A DNA stretch of 64,000 nucleotides from Sphingobacteriaceae bacterium (lineage in GTDB: Bacteria; Bacteroidota; Bacteroidia; UBA7662), in contig JAUXNJ010000010.1 in NCBI GenBank assembly GCA_030682795.1, positions 176,660 to 240,659 on the forward strand, written 5' to 3'. Under the pieces are notes generated by a model that made no database searches, was not told the origin of the DNA, and saw nothing but the letters and a program-made list of their open reading frames with translations. This document shows positions 39,614-48,563 of this stretch, piece by piece. Made by a program: the position numbers and the translations under genes. The first letter of the stretch is position 1; every line of letters starts with the position of its first letter.

Positions 39614-40222
39614 TTATTGGAGGATGAGTTTTTCGGTAATGCTGGTGGTAGTAAAGTCGACCTCTACGAAATAAAGCCCTTTGGCCAGTTCAGCGCTAAA
39701 CACTTGCAAACTATTTCCCTCAGGCTGCTGAATTTGTTGAATGAGCCGGCCTTGCAGGTCCTTGAGCCGTACTTGTTCCACTTTTTTGTCGGCATCCCAC
39801 CTGATTTGAAAAGAGGAGGTGGCGGGATTGGGATAAAGTTGCAATCCAAACTTATGGTTTTCACCTACGCTTGCACAGGTAACAACTGTAATGGTTAAGG
39901 CATCGGTATCAAAACAGCCCCGGTTATCGGTGGTGGTGAGGGTATAAGTAGTGGTTTGGGTAGGATTAGCGGTGGGATTGGCAATGTTGGGATTGCTTAA
40001 ACCGGTGGTAGGTTGCCAGCTGTAACTTAGCACCCCAAGTCCGCCATTGCCTGTGGCGTTCAACTGGATGCTTTGTCCCACACAAATGGTAGAATCGACC
40101 CCAGCATTTGTTGTCACGTTTGGGAGAGGAGCGTAGCCTACCTGAATCACCAGGGGCCCCTGTGCCATCAAAGGCACGCTCAAAAGCAGCATAATACAGC
40201 TCGATAAAAAAAATCTGGTCAT
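39614..40222 (-). CDS. T9SS type A sorting-domain protein with PKD/Ig-like module
   Basis: YSWQPTTGLSNPNIANPTANP; C-terminal LYPNPA...LQGR...GLYFV...KLIL. Confidence 0.85.
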   Translation of the reverse strand: MTRFFLSSCIMLLLSVPLMAQGPLVIQVGYAPLPNVTTNAGVDSTICVGQSIQLNATGNGGLGVLSYSWQPTTGLSNPNIANPTANPTQTTTYTLTTTDNRGCFDTDALTITVVTCASVGENHKFGLQLYPNPATSSFQIRWDADKKVEQVRLKDLQGRLIQQIQQPEGNSLQVFSAELAKGLYFVEVDFTTTSITEKLILQ

Positions 40223-40336
40223 AATCAGCGGTTGTTCAAGTCGAAATATACAATAAATGCATCAAAATCTAAACCCTAGGCCTTGCGCAAGGCCAGTTCG
40301 TTTGTCTTTTTCAACGAAATGATGTATATTCCCATC

Positions 40337-41914
40337 ATGAGCATTAACAGTACCATGGAGCCCGCCCAGGAAGAAGCGGGTAGACAAAAAATCGAGATTC
40401 AAGAATTACACATTGCGCACTATGCGGCTTTAAAGGAACTGATGATTGAGGCTTATGCAGCCTTGCCAGATGCTTTTTGGCAGCGCGATCAAATCGAAAA
40501 ACTCATTGCCAAATATCCCGAAGGACAAATTTGTATCACGGTAAATGGGGAGCTGGCAGCATGTGCGCTTTCGATTTTGGTGCGGCACGAATTGCTGGAA
40601 GACAACCATACTTACAAAGAGATCACGGGTAATTTTACCTTCAACACACATGATGCGACGGGTGAAACCATGTATGGCATCGACGTATTTGTAAAGCGCA
40701 AGTTCCGGGGCATGCGCTTGGGCAGGCGTTTGTACGACTATCGCAAGGAGCTTTGCGAGCGTAAAAATCTACGGGCCATTGTGTTTGGTGGCAGGTTGCC
40801 CAATTATCATAACCATGCCGCCGATTTAACCCCGAAGGCTTACATCGACAAGGTACGCCGCAAAGAAATCCATGACCCAGTGCTCGATTTTCAGTTGTCG
40901 AACGATTTCCATGTTAAAAAAATCATCAAAAATTACCTGCGGGGCGATAGTCAGTCGGGCGAGTATGCGGCGCTCATGCAGTGGGATAATGTGTATTACG
41001 TTCGCGAGCACCACAAGCCGGCATCGGCCAAAAGCGTAGTGCGCCTCGGCTTGGTGCAGTGGCAAATGCGGCCGTATCGCGACTTAGATGAGCTCATGGA
41101 GCAGGCGGAGTATTTTGTGGATGCAGTATCGGGTTACCGTTCTGACTTCGCGCTTTTCCCTGAGTTTTTTAATGCGCCTTTGATGGCAGCCTACAACCAT
41201 TTGTCGGAGCCCGATGCCATCCGCCAATTGGCGGGTTATACTGCCGAAATCCGCGATAAGTTCGCCGAATTGGTGGTTTCCTACAACATCAACATCATCA
41301 CGGGCAGCATGCCCGAGCTTCAGGGCGATGTACTTTACAATGTGGGTTACCTCTGCAAGCGCAATGGGGAGGTAGAAAAGTTTATCAAACTGCACGTAAC
41401 GCCTGATGAAGCGCGGGTGTGGGGCATGACTGGCGGCGATTTTGTGCGAACGTACGAAACCGATGCCGGTCGCATTGGCATACTCATTTGCTACGACGTA
41501 GAGTTCCCAGAGTTATCACGTTTGCTGGCCGACGAAGGTATGGACATACTTTTTGTGCCCTTTTTAACCGATACCCAAAACGGTTATTCGCGGGTGCGAC
41601 ATTGTGCCCAAGCGCGGGCCGTTGAAAATGAATGTTATGTAGCCGTGGCGGGCAGTGTGGGCAATTTGCCTAAGGTGCACAATATGGACATTCAGTTTGC
41701 CCAATCGGTGGTGTTTACTCCCTGCGATTTTGCCTTCCCTACCAATGGCATCAAGGCCGAGGCTACACCCAATACCGAGATGATCATGGTGGTAGATGTA
41801 GATTTAGATCTGCTCAAGGAGCTCAATCGCTTTGGTGCCGTGCGCAATTTGATTGACCGCCGGAAGGATCTTTTCGACTTGCGATGGAAGCAAAAAAGAA
41901 ACAAAAACGAGTAA
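40337..41914 (+). CDS. Bifunctional GNAT acetyltransferase / carbon-nitrogen hydrolase
   Basis: N-terminal FRGMRLGRRLY; nitrilase triad motifs FPE, KLH and ICYDVEFPE. Confidence 0.92.
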   Translation: MSINSTMEPAQEEAGRQKIEIQELHIAHYAALKELMIEAYAALPDAFWQRDQIEKLIAKYPEGQICITVNGELAACALSILVRHELLEDNHTYKEITGNFTFNTHDATGETMYGIDVFVKRKFRGMRLGRRLYDYRKELCERKNLRAIVFGGRLPNYHNHAADLTPKAYIDKVRRKEIHDPVLDFQLSNDFHVKKIIKNYLRGDSQSGEYAALMQWDNVYYVREHHKPASAKSVVRLGLVQWQMRPYRDLDELMEQAEYFVDAVSGYRSDFALFPEFFNAPLMAAYNHLSEPDAIRQLAGYTAEIRDKFAELVVSYNINIITGSMPELQGDVLYNVGYLCKRNGEVEKFIKLHVTPDEARVWGMTGGDFVRTYETDAGRIGILICYDVEFPELSRLLADEGMDILFVPFLTDTQNGYSRVRHCAQARAVENECYVAVAGSVGNLPKVHNMDIQFAQSVVFTPCDFAFPTNGIKAEATPNTEMIMVVDVDLDLLKELNRFGAVRNLIDRRKDLFDLRWKQKRNKNE

Positions 41915-41962
41915 ATTATTTACTCAAACGGCCTGATCCATCCCTTTGTTTGCTTGTGTAAC

Positions 41963-43711
41963 ATGAGAAATTGGTTAATCGCTTTACTGCTATGGGTAGC
42001 CACATGTCCCATTGTGCAAGCCCAGCAGCTTGTGGAAGGGCGAGTGCTGCAGCAGCCAGATGGTCAGCCTGTAGCTTATGCAGGTGTTATGGCCAATCGA
42101 AGTGGATTGGGTACAGTAACCAACGAGCAGGGCTACTTCCGACTCCAGTTGGCGGCGAACGACGACAGTTTGCTGGTGCGTTTTATTGGCTATAAAACGC
42201 TGCGCATAGCCCTGCTTTCCAACAAAAACTTCTACGAATTGCGCCTTGAGTACAGCGTGCAACAGCTACAAGAGGTGGTGGTAGTGGCTACTGATGAGTC
42301 TTACCTCTACGACCTCCTGCGTCGTAGCAAGCTGCAGGCTGATAAGGTGGAGCGCCAAGCACGGGCCTATTTTGAGCTGCGTACCCTGGTGGGCAAGCGG
42401 CAGGTTGAATTGGTAGAAGGCTTTTATAATGCAAGGTTTGTGGGGCCTGATGCGGTAGATCTGCAGTTGAAGGCGGGTCGACTTGCCCTCCAGCCCATTG
42501 AAAATCGCCTTTTTGCGAGTATACAAAGTTCCGATGCTTTGCGCATGATGCACACTTTTAAGTCCAACCGCTATTTTCCAACAGGTCCTTTTGAACTACG
42601 GCCTGTTGCCCTTAAAAAACGCTATATGCTGCTCAGTGAAGGAGCCTACCGCAACGAAATGGGCGATTCTATTGTGGTGATTCGCTTCAAACCTAAAGAC
42701 GAGGCCCGTAAATACTTTGAAGGCCGGGCTTGGGTAGATGTGGAGCGGGGAGAATTGTTGCAATTGCAACTAAAATGCGAAAATGCAAGTATGTACCCGT
42801 TTTTGCCGCTTTTTCCAGACGATCAAATTCAGGGTGTTGATTTTTTGATTGAACGTGCTTTTGAGCGGCAAGGGGAGGATTTGCAGCTGCAGCGTTTGAG
42901 TTTTGAGTACCGAGTGAATTATGCCAATAGGCGAGGGGAGCTTTATAAAGTGGCTACCAAGGCGGTTTTATTGCCCTATCGCTACGAACAACCCTTCATT
43001 TTGCCTCGCTTTAAGCAAGTCGATGCGCCTCTTTCGGACTATATGCGCATCAATGCCTTTCCTTACAATGCTGCTTTTTGGTTGAAAAGCGACGAGGTAC
43101 GTATCAACGATCAGCACGGTGAAAACGAGGCCTTTTTTGCCGATAAGCGGAGCTTGACAAATGTAGAGGTATTTCAAGCAGGTAGCTTAGGCGGCCGAGC
43201 TTTGCTCGAAACCCCATACGTGCGCTGGGAGGCCAATAAACGCCTGTTATTCAGCCAAAAAAGCGAACGTCCGCAGCCAAATGACCCTTTTAAAAGAGAT
43301 GTGAGGGTGGATGATTATCACTTGCAAGTGCACTTATTTATGGATCTAAATCAGCTGGGCGATAGTTTACATTGGCTTACAGCCACCATTTTTGATCCGC
43401 ATCAAAGTTATTTTTATTTGCCCATGACCAATGCAGCACGCTGCTTCATCAATATGTATTTTGATTTAATGGAAATAGAACGGCGAAGGCTGGAAGTACG
43501 TTTGCAGCAAAGCAAACGCACGGAAGCTGCCTTTTTGGAGACCTACGCTGAAGTAATGCGTGAGTCGCAGGTTTTAGCGGAGCGTTTTTTTAAGGAGGTG
43601 ATGATTGGCAACAATCAAAAAGGCATGATGCATTGGAATCAAGTAATTATGGATGCATTGGAAATTGATAACTTGGCCATGTACAAGCCTTTTGAAGGAG
43701 ATAATCCGTGA
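41963..43711 (+). CDS. Secreted protein with N-terminal carboxypeptidase-regulatory-like domain
   Basis: VEGRV...PVAYA...GTVTNEQGYF...FIGYK...LQEVVV. Confidence 0.8.
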   Translation: MRNWLIALLLWVATCPIVQAQQLVEGRVLQQPDGQPVAYAGVMANRSGLGTVTNEQGYFRLQLAANDDSLLVRFIGYKTLRIALLSNKNFYELRLEYSVQQLQEVVVVATDESYLYDLLRRSKLQADKVERQARAYFELRTLVGKRQVELVEGFYNARFVGPDAVDLQLKAGRLALQPIENRLFASIQSSDALRMMHTFKSNRYFPTGPFELRPVALKKRYMLLSEGAYRNEMGDSIVVIRFKPKDEARKYFEGRAWVDVERGELLQLQLKCENASMYPFLPLFPDDQIQGVDFLIERAFERQGEDLQLQRLSFEYRVNYANRRGELYKVATKAVLLPYRYEQPFILPRFKQVDAPLSDYMRINAFPYNAAFWLKSDEVRINDQHGENEAFFADKRSLTNVEVFQAGSLGGRALLETPYVRWEANKRLLFSQKSERPQPNDPFKRDVRVDDYHLQVHLFMDLNQLGDSLHWLTATIFDPHQSYFYLPMTNAARCFINMYFDLMEIERRRLEVRLQQSKRTEAAFLETYAEVMRESQVLAERFFKEVMIGNNQKGMMHWNQVIMDALEIDNLAMYKPFEGDNP

Positions 43712-43831
43712 TTGTTCTGCGTATGTGACACGGCACCTGCTGGTGTGTTATATGCGGGTTATTTTTTCTATTGCTATTGTCTTTTGTAAGAACCAAAAGG
43801 GTTTTTTGCTGTTATTAAGAGAATCGTTTAT

Positions 43832-44740
43832 ATGTCTGATCCTATTGTAGAAGTCCGCCAGCTCACCAAAGCTTACGGTAAGTTTCAAGCCCTACACGAA
43901 GTGAATTTTGAGGTACATCGTGGTGATGTGTTCGGCTTTTTGGGTCCCAACGGTGCAGGCAAAAGCACCACCATTCGCATTTTATTGAGTTTGATCAGTG
44001 CCGACAGTGGTACTCTGTCGCTTTTTGGCATGCCTTTGGCCACGCATCGGCGCGAAATCTTGCAAAAAATCGGCTGCATTGTAGAGAAACCTGATTTTTA
44101 TAAATACCTGAGCGCTCGCCGTAATTTGGAGATTTTTGGCAGGGTGTCGGGGGCAGATACCAGCAAGCGCAACATCGATGCGATGCTGGCTTTTGTAGGG
44201 CTGGAGGGGCGGGCCAACGACAAGCTCGGTGGTTTTTCACACGGCATGCGGCAGCGACTCGGCCTTGCCCAAGCCCTCTTGCACCAACCCGAACTCATTG
44301 TGCTCGATGAGCCCACCACTGGCCTCGACCCGCAAGGCATCATCGACATCCGCGAGCTGATTTTGCAGCTGAGTCGCGAGCAGGGCAAAACCATCATTCT
44401 TTCCTCACATTTATTGTCGGAAATAGAGCTGATTGCCAACCGCATGGTGATCATTAACAAAGGCCGCAGTTTGGCCGAAGGTTCGGTGAAAGAGCTGCTG
44501 AATGCCGAAGAGCTGGTGGTGACTTTTGAACTCAACGATGGCGCGGCCGCGGTAGCCCTGTTGCAACAACGGCCCGAAGTGGTGCTGCGTGAACAGCACG
44601 ACAACCGCCTGACCCTGCAAATTAACCGCGAAGAAGTACCGGAGCTCAATCAATGGCTGCAAAGTCAAGGCCTCCGCGTTTACGCCATCGAAAGCAAACG
44701 CAAACTCGAAGATTATTTCCTTAAACTGGTCAACAACTGA
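43832..44740 (+). CDS. ABC transporter ATP-binding protein (ABC-2/BcrA-like)
   Basis: GPNGAGKST, FSHGMRQR, LDEPT and SSH. Confidence 0.95.
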   Translation: MSDPIVEVRQLTKAYGKFQALHEVNFEVHRGDVFGFLGPNGAGKSTTIRILLSLISADSGTLSLFGMPLATHRREILQKIGCIVEKPDFYKYLSARRNLEIFGRVSGADTSKRNIDAMLAFVGLEGRANDKLGGFSHGMRQRLGLAQALLHQPELIVLDEPTTGLDPQGIIDIRELILQLSREQGKTIILSSHLLSEIELIANRMVIINKGRSLAEGSVKELLNAEELVVTFELNDGAAAVALLQQRPEVVLREQHDNRLTLQINREEVPELNQWLQSQGLRVYAIESKRKLEDYFLKLVNN

Positions 44741-45582
44741 TGTTCGGTAAAGCTATCTACAACGAATTTATCAAAATTGCCGCCAAGCCGCGCTCGTATT
44801 TGGGCTTGGCCGCCATCACCGTGCTGGTGGGCGTGATTTTGTTTGCGATGAAAATCGACGGGTTGACCTACATTGGCTTCATTACGGCTGGTTTTGAGCA
44901 ATCGCTGCTGTTTGAAGGCGATATCCTCAATGGCAATTTGATGGGCTTTATTGTTTTGCAAATGCTTATCATTCATGTGCCTTTGTTGATTGCTTTGGTA
45001 ACGGGCGACCTCATTTCGGGGGAAGCAGCCATGGGCAGTTTGCGGATGTTGGCCACCCGGCCTTTGTCGCGCACACAGATTTTGCTATCGAAGTTTGTGG
45101 CGGGAGGCTTATATACTTTCCTGATTTTGCTTTGGCTAGGCGTGATGGCGCTGGGCGTAAGCAATTTGATGTTCGGTCCGGGCGATTTGATGGTGTTGAA
45201 CAGCGACGGTTTGGTGGTTTTGTTGCAAGACGATGTGCTCTGGCGTTTTTTAAGTGGCTTTGGCATTGCGTATTTGTCGCTGCTCACCATTGCCACCCTG
45301 AGCATTACGCTGAGTTGCTTTTCCGACAACAGCATTGGTCCTATTGTAGCCACCATGGCCATCATCATGCTGTTTACCCTCATTGGCACGCTCGATGTGC
45401 CGGTATTCGACAACGTACGGCCGTTTTTGTTCACCACCCACATGGCCGCCTGGAGGAGCTTTTTTGAAGATCCGGTGGATTATGCTGCCATCCGAAATTC
45501 TGCCATCATTCTAGTAGCCCACATCGTGGTGTTGCTGGGCATTGCCACCTATCACTTTAAACGCAAAGACATACTGTCATGA
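44740..45582 (+). CDS. ABC-2 type permease
   Basis: Six TM segments, GE..MGSLR...RPLSR..ILLSK and C-terminal FKRKDI. Confidence 0.9.
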   Translation: MFGKAIYNEFIKIAAKPRSYLGLAAITVLVGVILFAMKIDGLTYIGFITAGFEQSLLFEGDILNGNLMGFIVLQMLIIHVPLLIALVTGDLISGEAAMGSLRMLATRPLSRTQILLSKFVAGGLYTFLILLWLGVMALGVSNLMFGPGDLMVLNSDGLVVLLQDDVLWRFLSGFGIAYLSLLTIATLSITLSCFSDNSIGPIVATMAIIMLFTLIGTLDVPVFDNVRPFLFTTHMAAWRSFFEDPVDYAAIRNSAIILVAHIVVLLGIATYHFKRKDILS

Positions 45583-46241
45583 AGTTCATTAAGATTTTTT
45601 TGTTGTTATTAGTCATTTCGGTCCCAATTTTGGCGCAAGACCAAGGTCCTGAGCTGGTAAAAGGGGTGTATGCCAAAATGAAATTGGTGCAGAAATATGC
45701 TGCCGACGTGCACATCGATGCCGATATTCCCAATTTGCGGATGCGTTCTGTTGATGCGAAAGTGAGTTTTACGCAACCCGACAAACTCAAGGTTGATTCG
45801 CGCAGTTTGGCCGTACTTCCCAAGCAGGGTTTTGCCGACTTTGGCAAAATCATCAGCGATACCTCCGATTTTACTGCCGTAAAAACCGGCGATGAGGTGC
45901 TCAAAGGGGTGAAAACGAGCATCGTGAACATCCTCCCTGGCGATCCTACGGGCGATTTGATACTGGCCAAGTTGTGGATTGATCCCATGCAAAAGTTGGT
46001 GATGCGCTCGCAGCTCACCTACCGCAGCAGTGGAACTGTGCTCATAGATTACACGTACGGGAGTCAGAAAAAATACGGACTACCCGATTTGTTGCAGTTT
46101 ACCATGGACATCCAAAGCATGAAAATCCCCAAAGCCATGATGGCCGATTTGCACAAAGGCAAAAAGGAGGGGGTAGCCGAAAAAGACCCGAACCGTCCAG
46201 CCGTAATTTTGGTGAATTTTTCGAATTACGTGGTGAACTAG
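45579..46241 (+). CDS. Periplasmic LolA-like protein
   Basis: Signal peptide and F.QPDKLK / KLWIDP pattern; operonic with the ABC genes. Confidence 0.55.
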   Translation: MKFIKIFLLLLVISVPILAQDQGPELVKGVYAKMKLVQKYAADVHIDADIPNLRMRSVDAKVSFTQPDKLKVDSRSLAVLPKQGFADFGKIISDTSDFTAVKTGDEVLKGVKTSIVNILPGDPTGDLILAKLWIDPMQKLVMRSQLTYRSSGTVLIDYTYGSQKKYGLPDLLQFTMDIQSMKIPKAMMADLHKGKKEGVAEKDPNRPAVILVNFSNYVVN

Positions 46242-46242
46242 T

Positions 46243-46491
46243 TTAAGATTTCCTCTTGTAGTACAAATGCATGATGCCTGAGTAGAGGAAACCTCCTATC
46301 ATCCACCAAAGCAATTTTTGCCAGATAAAAGCACCTCCAAATAAAGAGGGCTCATCGAAGAAAAGGTGCACGGCTTCGGTAAATAACCACATAAACAAGC
46401 CCCAGCTAACGGCGGTTTTCCACCAATTCTTTAGGGTATATTGATCACGCAATTTGCTGTTCTCTTTAATTTGCATCCATCTAAAATACAA
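46243..46491 (-). CDS. Small membrane protein
   Basis: Two TM segments, Trp-rich, basic C-terminus. Confidence 0.5.
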   Translation of the reverse strand: MYFRWMQIKENSKLRDQYTLKNWWKTAVSWGLFMWLFTEAVHLFFDEPSLFGGAFIWQKLLWWMIGGFLYSGIMHLYYKRKS

Positions 46492-46572
46492 AAAATGTCA
46501 AATACTTGCAAATTCCTATGGTAAGTAGAAGTGCTGGCGCTTTTGGTTTATATTTACGTCAAAACACATCTT

Positions 46573-47484
46573 ATGCGATACTTAAAGTCACCAAGCTGGC
46601 TATTACTACTTGGGTTTGCCTTTTTAACCTTTGAAAGCGAGGCTTCGCAGCCGGCTTTTTGGAAGTACAAAGGTGAAAAGGTACCAGTGAATCATTTTAT
46701 TACTACGGGCGGTGGTTTTGGCGCCATGGCCTACCGCGATGAATTGTCCTCAATGCGGGCCTTTAACGGCATCAGTGCTGGCTTTTTTCAGTCTTACGAG
46801 TTGCTAACACCCCGAAAACTTCTGGTTATTGATGGCATGGCTCAATTTGGTGCGGTTACCGACGGCAGTGGCTGGGGAGGTAGCGGAGGCGCAAGCATCG
46901 TTATCAATAATACTGCAGCTTTTATGTTTCATGTGCCTTTCGAAAGCAGTCGCTTGAACTGGCATGTAGGACCAGCCGCCCAGTTTTACGGCATGTTTCG
47001 TCCCAATCCGTCCTTTGGCAATGGTGCCTTAGGTTATGATGTGCTCAGCGGTTTGGGTGTGCGCTCGCGCCTGGAGTTGCCCGTGACCCTGCGTACCAAG
47101 AGCGAACAAAAGTGGTGGATTTTTAAGTTCAAAAAGACCTACGAACGCACCTTGCGCTTTGGCTGGGAACTGGATTTGCCTTTACTGGCCTTTAACTCCC
47201 GGCCTCCCTTTGTGGGAGTGCTCGATGGGGTGGGCAATGACCCGGTGAGTACGGGTGTGGTAGATTTTTTAGAAAACACCAAATTGCGAATGCTCGGAGG
47301 CTATTTCTACATGAGCAGCCGCTTGTATGCCCAATATCCTTTTAAAAACGGCAATCGCCTACAAATGAGCTACCACTGGCAGGGTTATCAGTACAATTAC
47401 CAAGACCAGCCGGTTCGCACTGCTGCGGGTGCCCTCATGTTTTCGTATATGTTCAGAATCGACGCTAATAAAGACCTCCGATGA
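46573..47484 (+). CDS. Outer-membrane beta-barrel-like partner of the S41 peptidase (DUF3316-like)
   Basis: Signal peptide, YRDELSS motif and alternating beta strands; ATGA overlap with the S41 gene. Confidence 0.55.
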   Translation: MRYLKSPSWLLLLGFAFLTFESEASQPAFWKYKGEKVPVNHFITTGGGFGAMAYRDELSSMRAFNGISAGFFQSYELLTPRKLLVIDGMAQFGAVTDGSGWGGSGGASIVINNTAAFMFHVPFESSRLNWHVGPAAQFYGMFRPNPSFGNGALGYDVLSGLGVRSRLELPVTLRTKSEQKWWIFKFKKTYERTLRFGWELDLPLLAFNSRPPFVGVLDGVGNDPVSTGVVDFLENTKLRMLGGYFYMSSRLYAQYPFKNGNRLQMSYHWQGYQYNYQDQPVRTAAGALMFSYMFRIDANKDLR

Positions 47485-48530
47485 AAAAAATAGCCCTTCT
47501 TCTTTTATTGGCAGCCAGCTTGATGAGCTGCAGCAAAGCCTTTGTAGGCGATCAACCCTCGGCCGAACCGCGTGAAGTTTTTGAGGAACTGTGGAAGCAA
47601 ATTGAGCTCAAGTACAGCTTTATGCAATATAAAGGCCTTGATTGGCAGGCAGTTTATAACAAATACAGTCCACAGGTAACCCCCGGCATGACCGATATTG
47701 AGCTTTTCCGAGTGCTCGAAGGCATGATGAACGAGCTGCGTGACGGCCATGCCAATGTGTTCGCACCCTTCAGTTTTTCTGTCTACTATCCCTTGTTTCT
47801 AAATAGTCCTGAGAATTTCGATGGTCGGCTATTACTGCAAAGCTATTTGCGTCGCTATCCCGAGAAACACTTCATTACAGGTCCTTTTCAGCACACTGTA
47901 CTGGATACTTTAGGGGTAAAAGTGGGGATAATGACTTACAGGAGCTTTAGTTCAACCTTCAGCGAGTCAGATTTAGATTTTATATTCGAGCGTTTTCAAG
48001 GTGCCGACGGCATCATCATCGATATGCGTTCGAACGGAGGTGGTTTAATCAACAATGTATTTCAGTTGTCAGGTCGCTTGGTGGATGCAGAGCGTATCAG
48101 TCATTACAACCGCCTCAAAAATGGTCCGGGTGCCAACGACTTTGGTCCCGAAACCACCATCAAAGTCATTCCTTCGAGCAGCGATAAGCGTTTTACAGGC
48201 CGTGTAGTTATGCTCACAAATCGTGGCAGTTACAGTGCTACCAGTCTGTTTGCCTTGCAGATGCGTGCTTTGCCGAATGCCCGCATCATTGGAGATACTA
48301 CCGGTGGTGGATTGGGTTTGCCGCATGGCGCTGGACTTCGGAATGGTTGGTCTTACCGGTTTTCAGTAGGACAGGCCCTGAGTTCAGAAACCGACGCTAA
48401 CAACCAGCGCTACAATTGGGAAGATGGCGTGCCGCCACATATCCAAGTCAATTTAGATCCAGTGGCTGCTGCGCAGGGATTCGATAGTATGGTGGAACGC
48501 GCAATTGTGTATATTCGTGACGGGAACTGA
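47481..48530 (+). CDS. S41 family peptidase lipoprotein (tricorn C1-like)
   Basis: LMSC lipobox, LRDGH, IDMRSNGGG, SYSA, IGDTTGG and GVPPHI. Confidence 0.92.
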   Translation: MKKIALLLLLAASLMSCSKAFVGDQPSAEPREVFEELWKQIELKYSFMQYKGLDWQAVYNKYSPQVTPGMTDIELFRVLEGMMNELRDGHANVFAPFSFSVYYPLFLNSPENFDGRLLLQSYLRRYPEKHFITGPFQHTVLDTLGVKVGIMTYRSFSSTFSESDLDFIFERFQGADGIIIDMRSNGGGLINNVFQLSGRLVDAERISHYNRLKNGPGANDFGPETTIKVIPSSSDKRFTGRVVMLTNRGSYSATSLFALQMRALPNARIIGDTTGGGLGLPHGAGLRNGWSYRFSVGQALSSETDANNQRYNWEDGVPPHIQVNLDPVAAAQGFDSMVERAIVYIRDGN

Positions 48531-48563
48531 TAGCTGTTTGCTATAAAAGCGTTTCTGTTTGGG

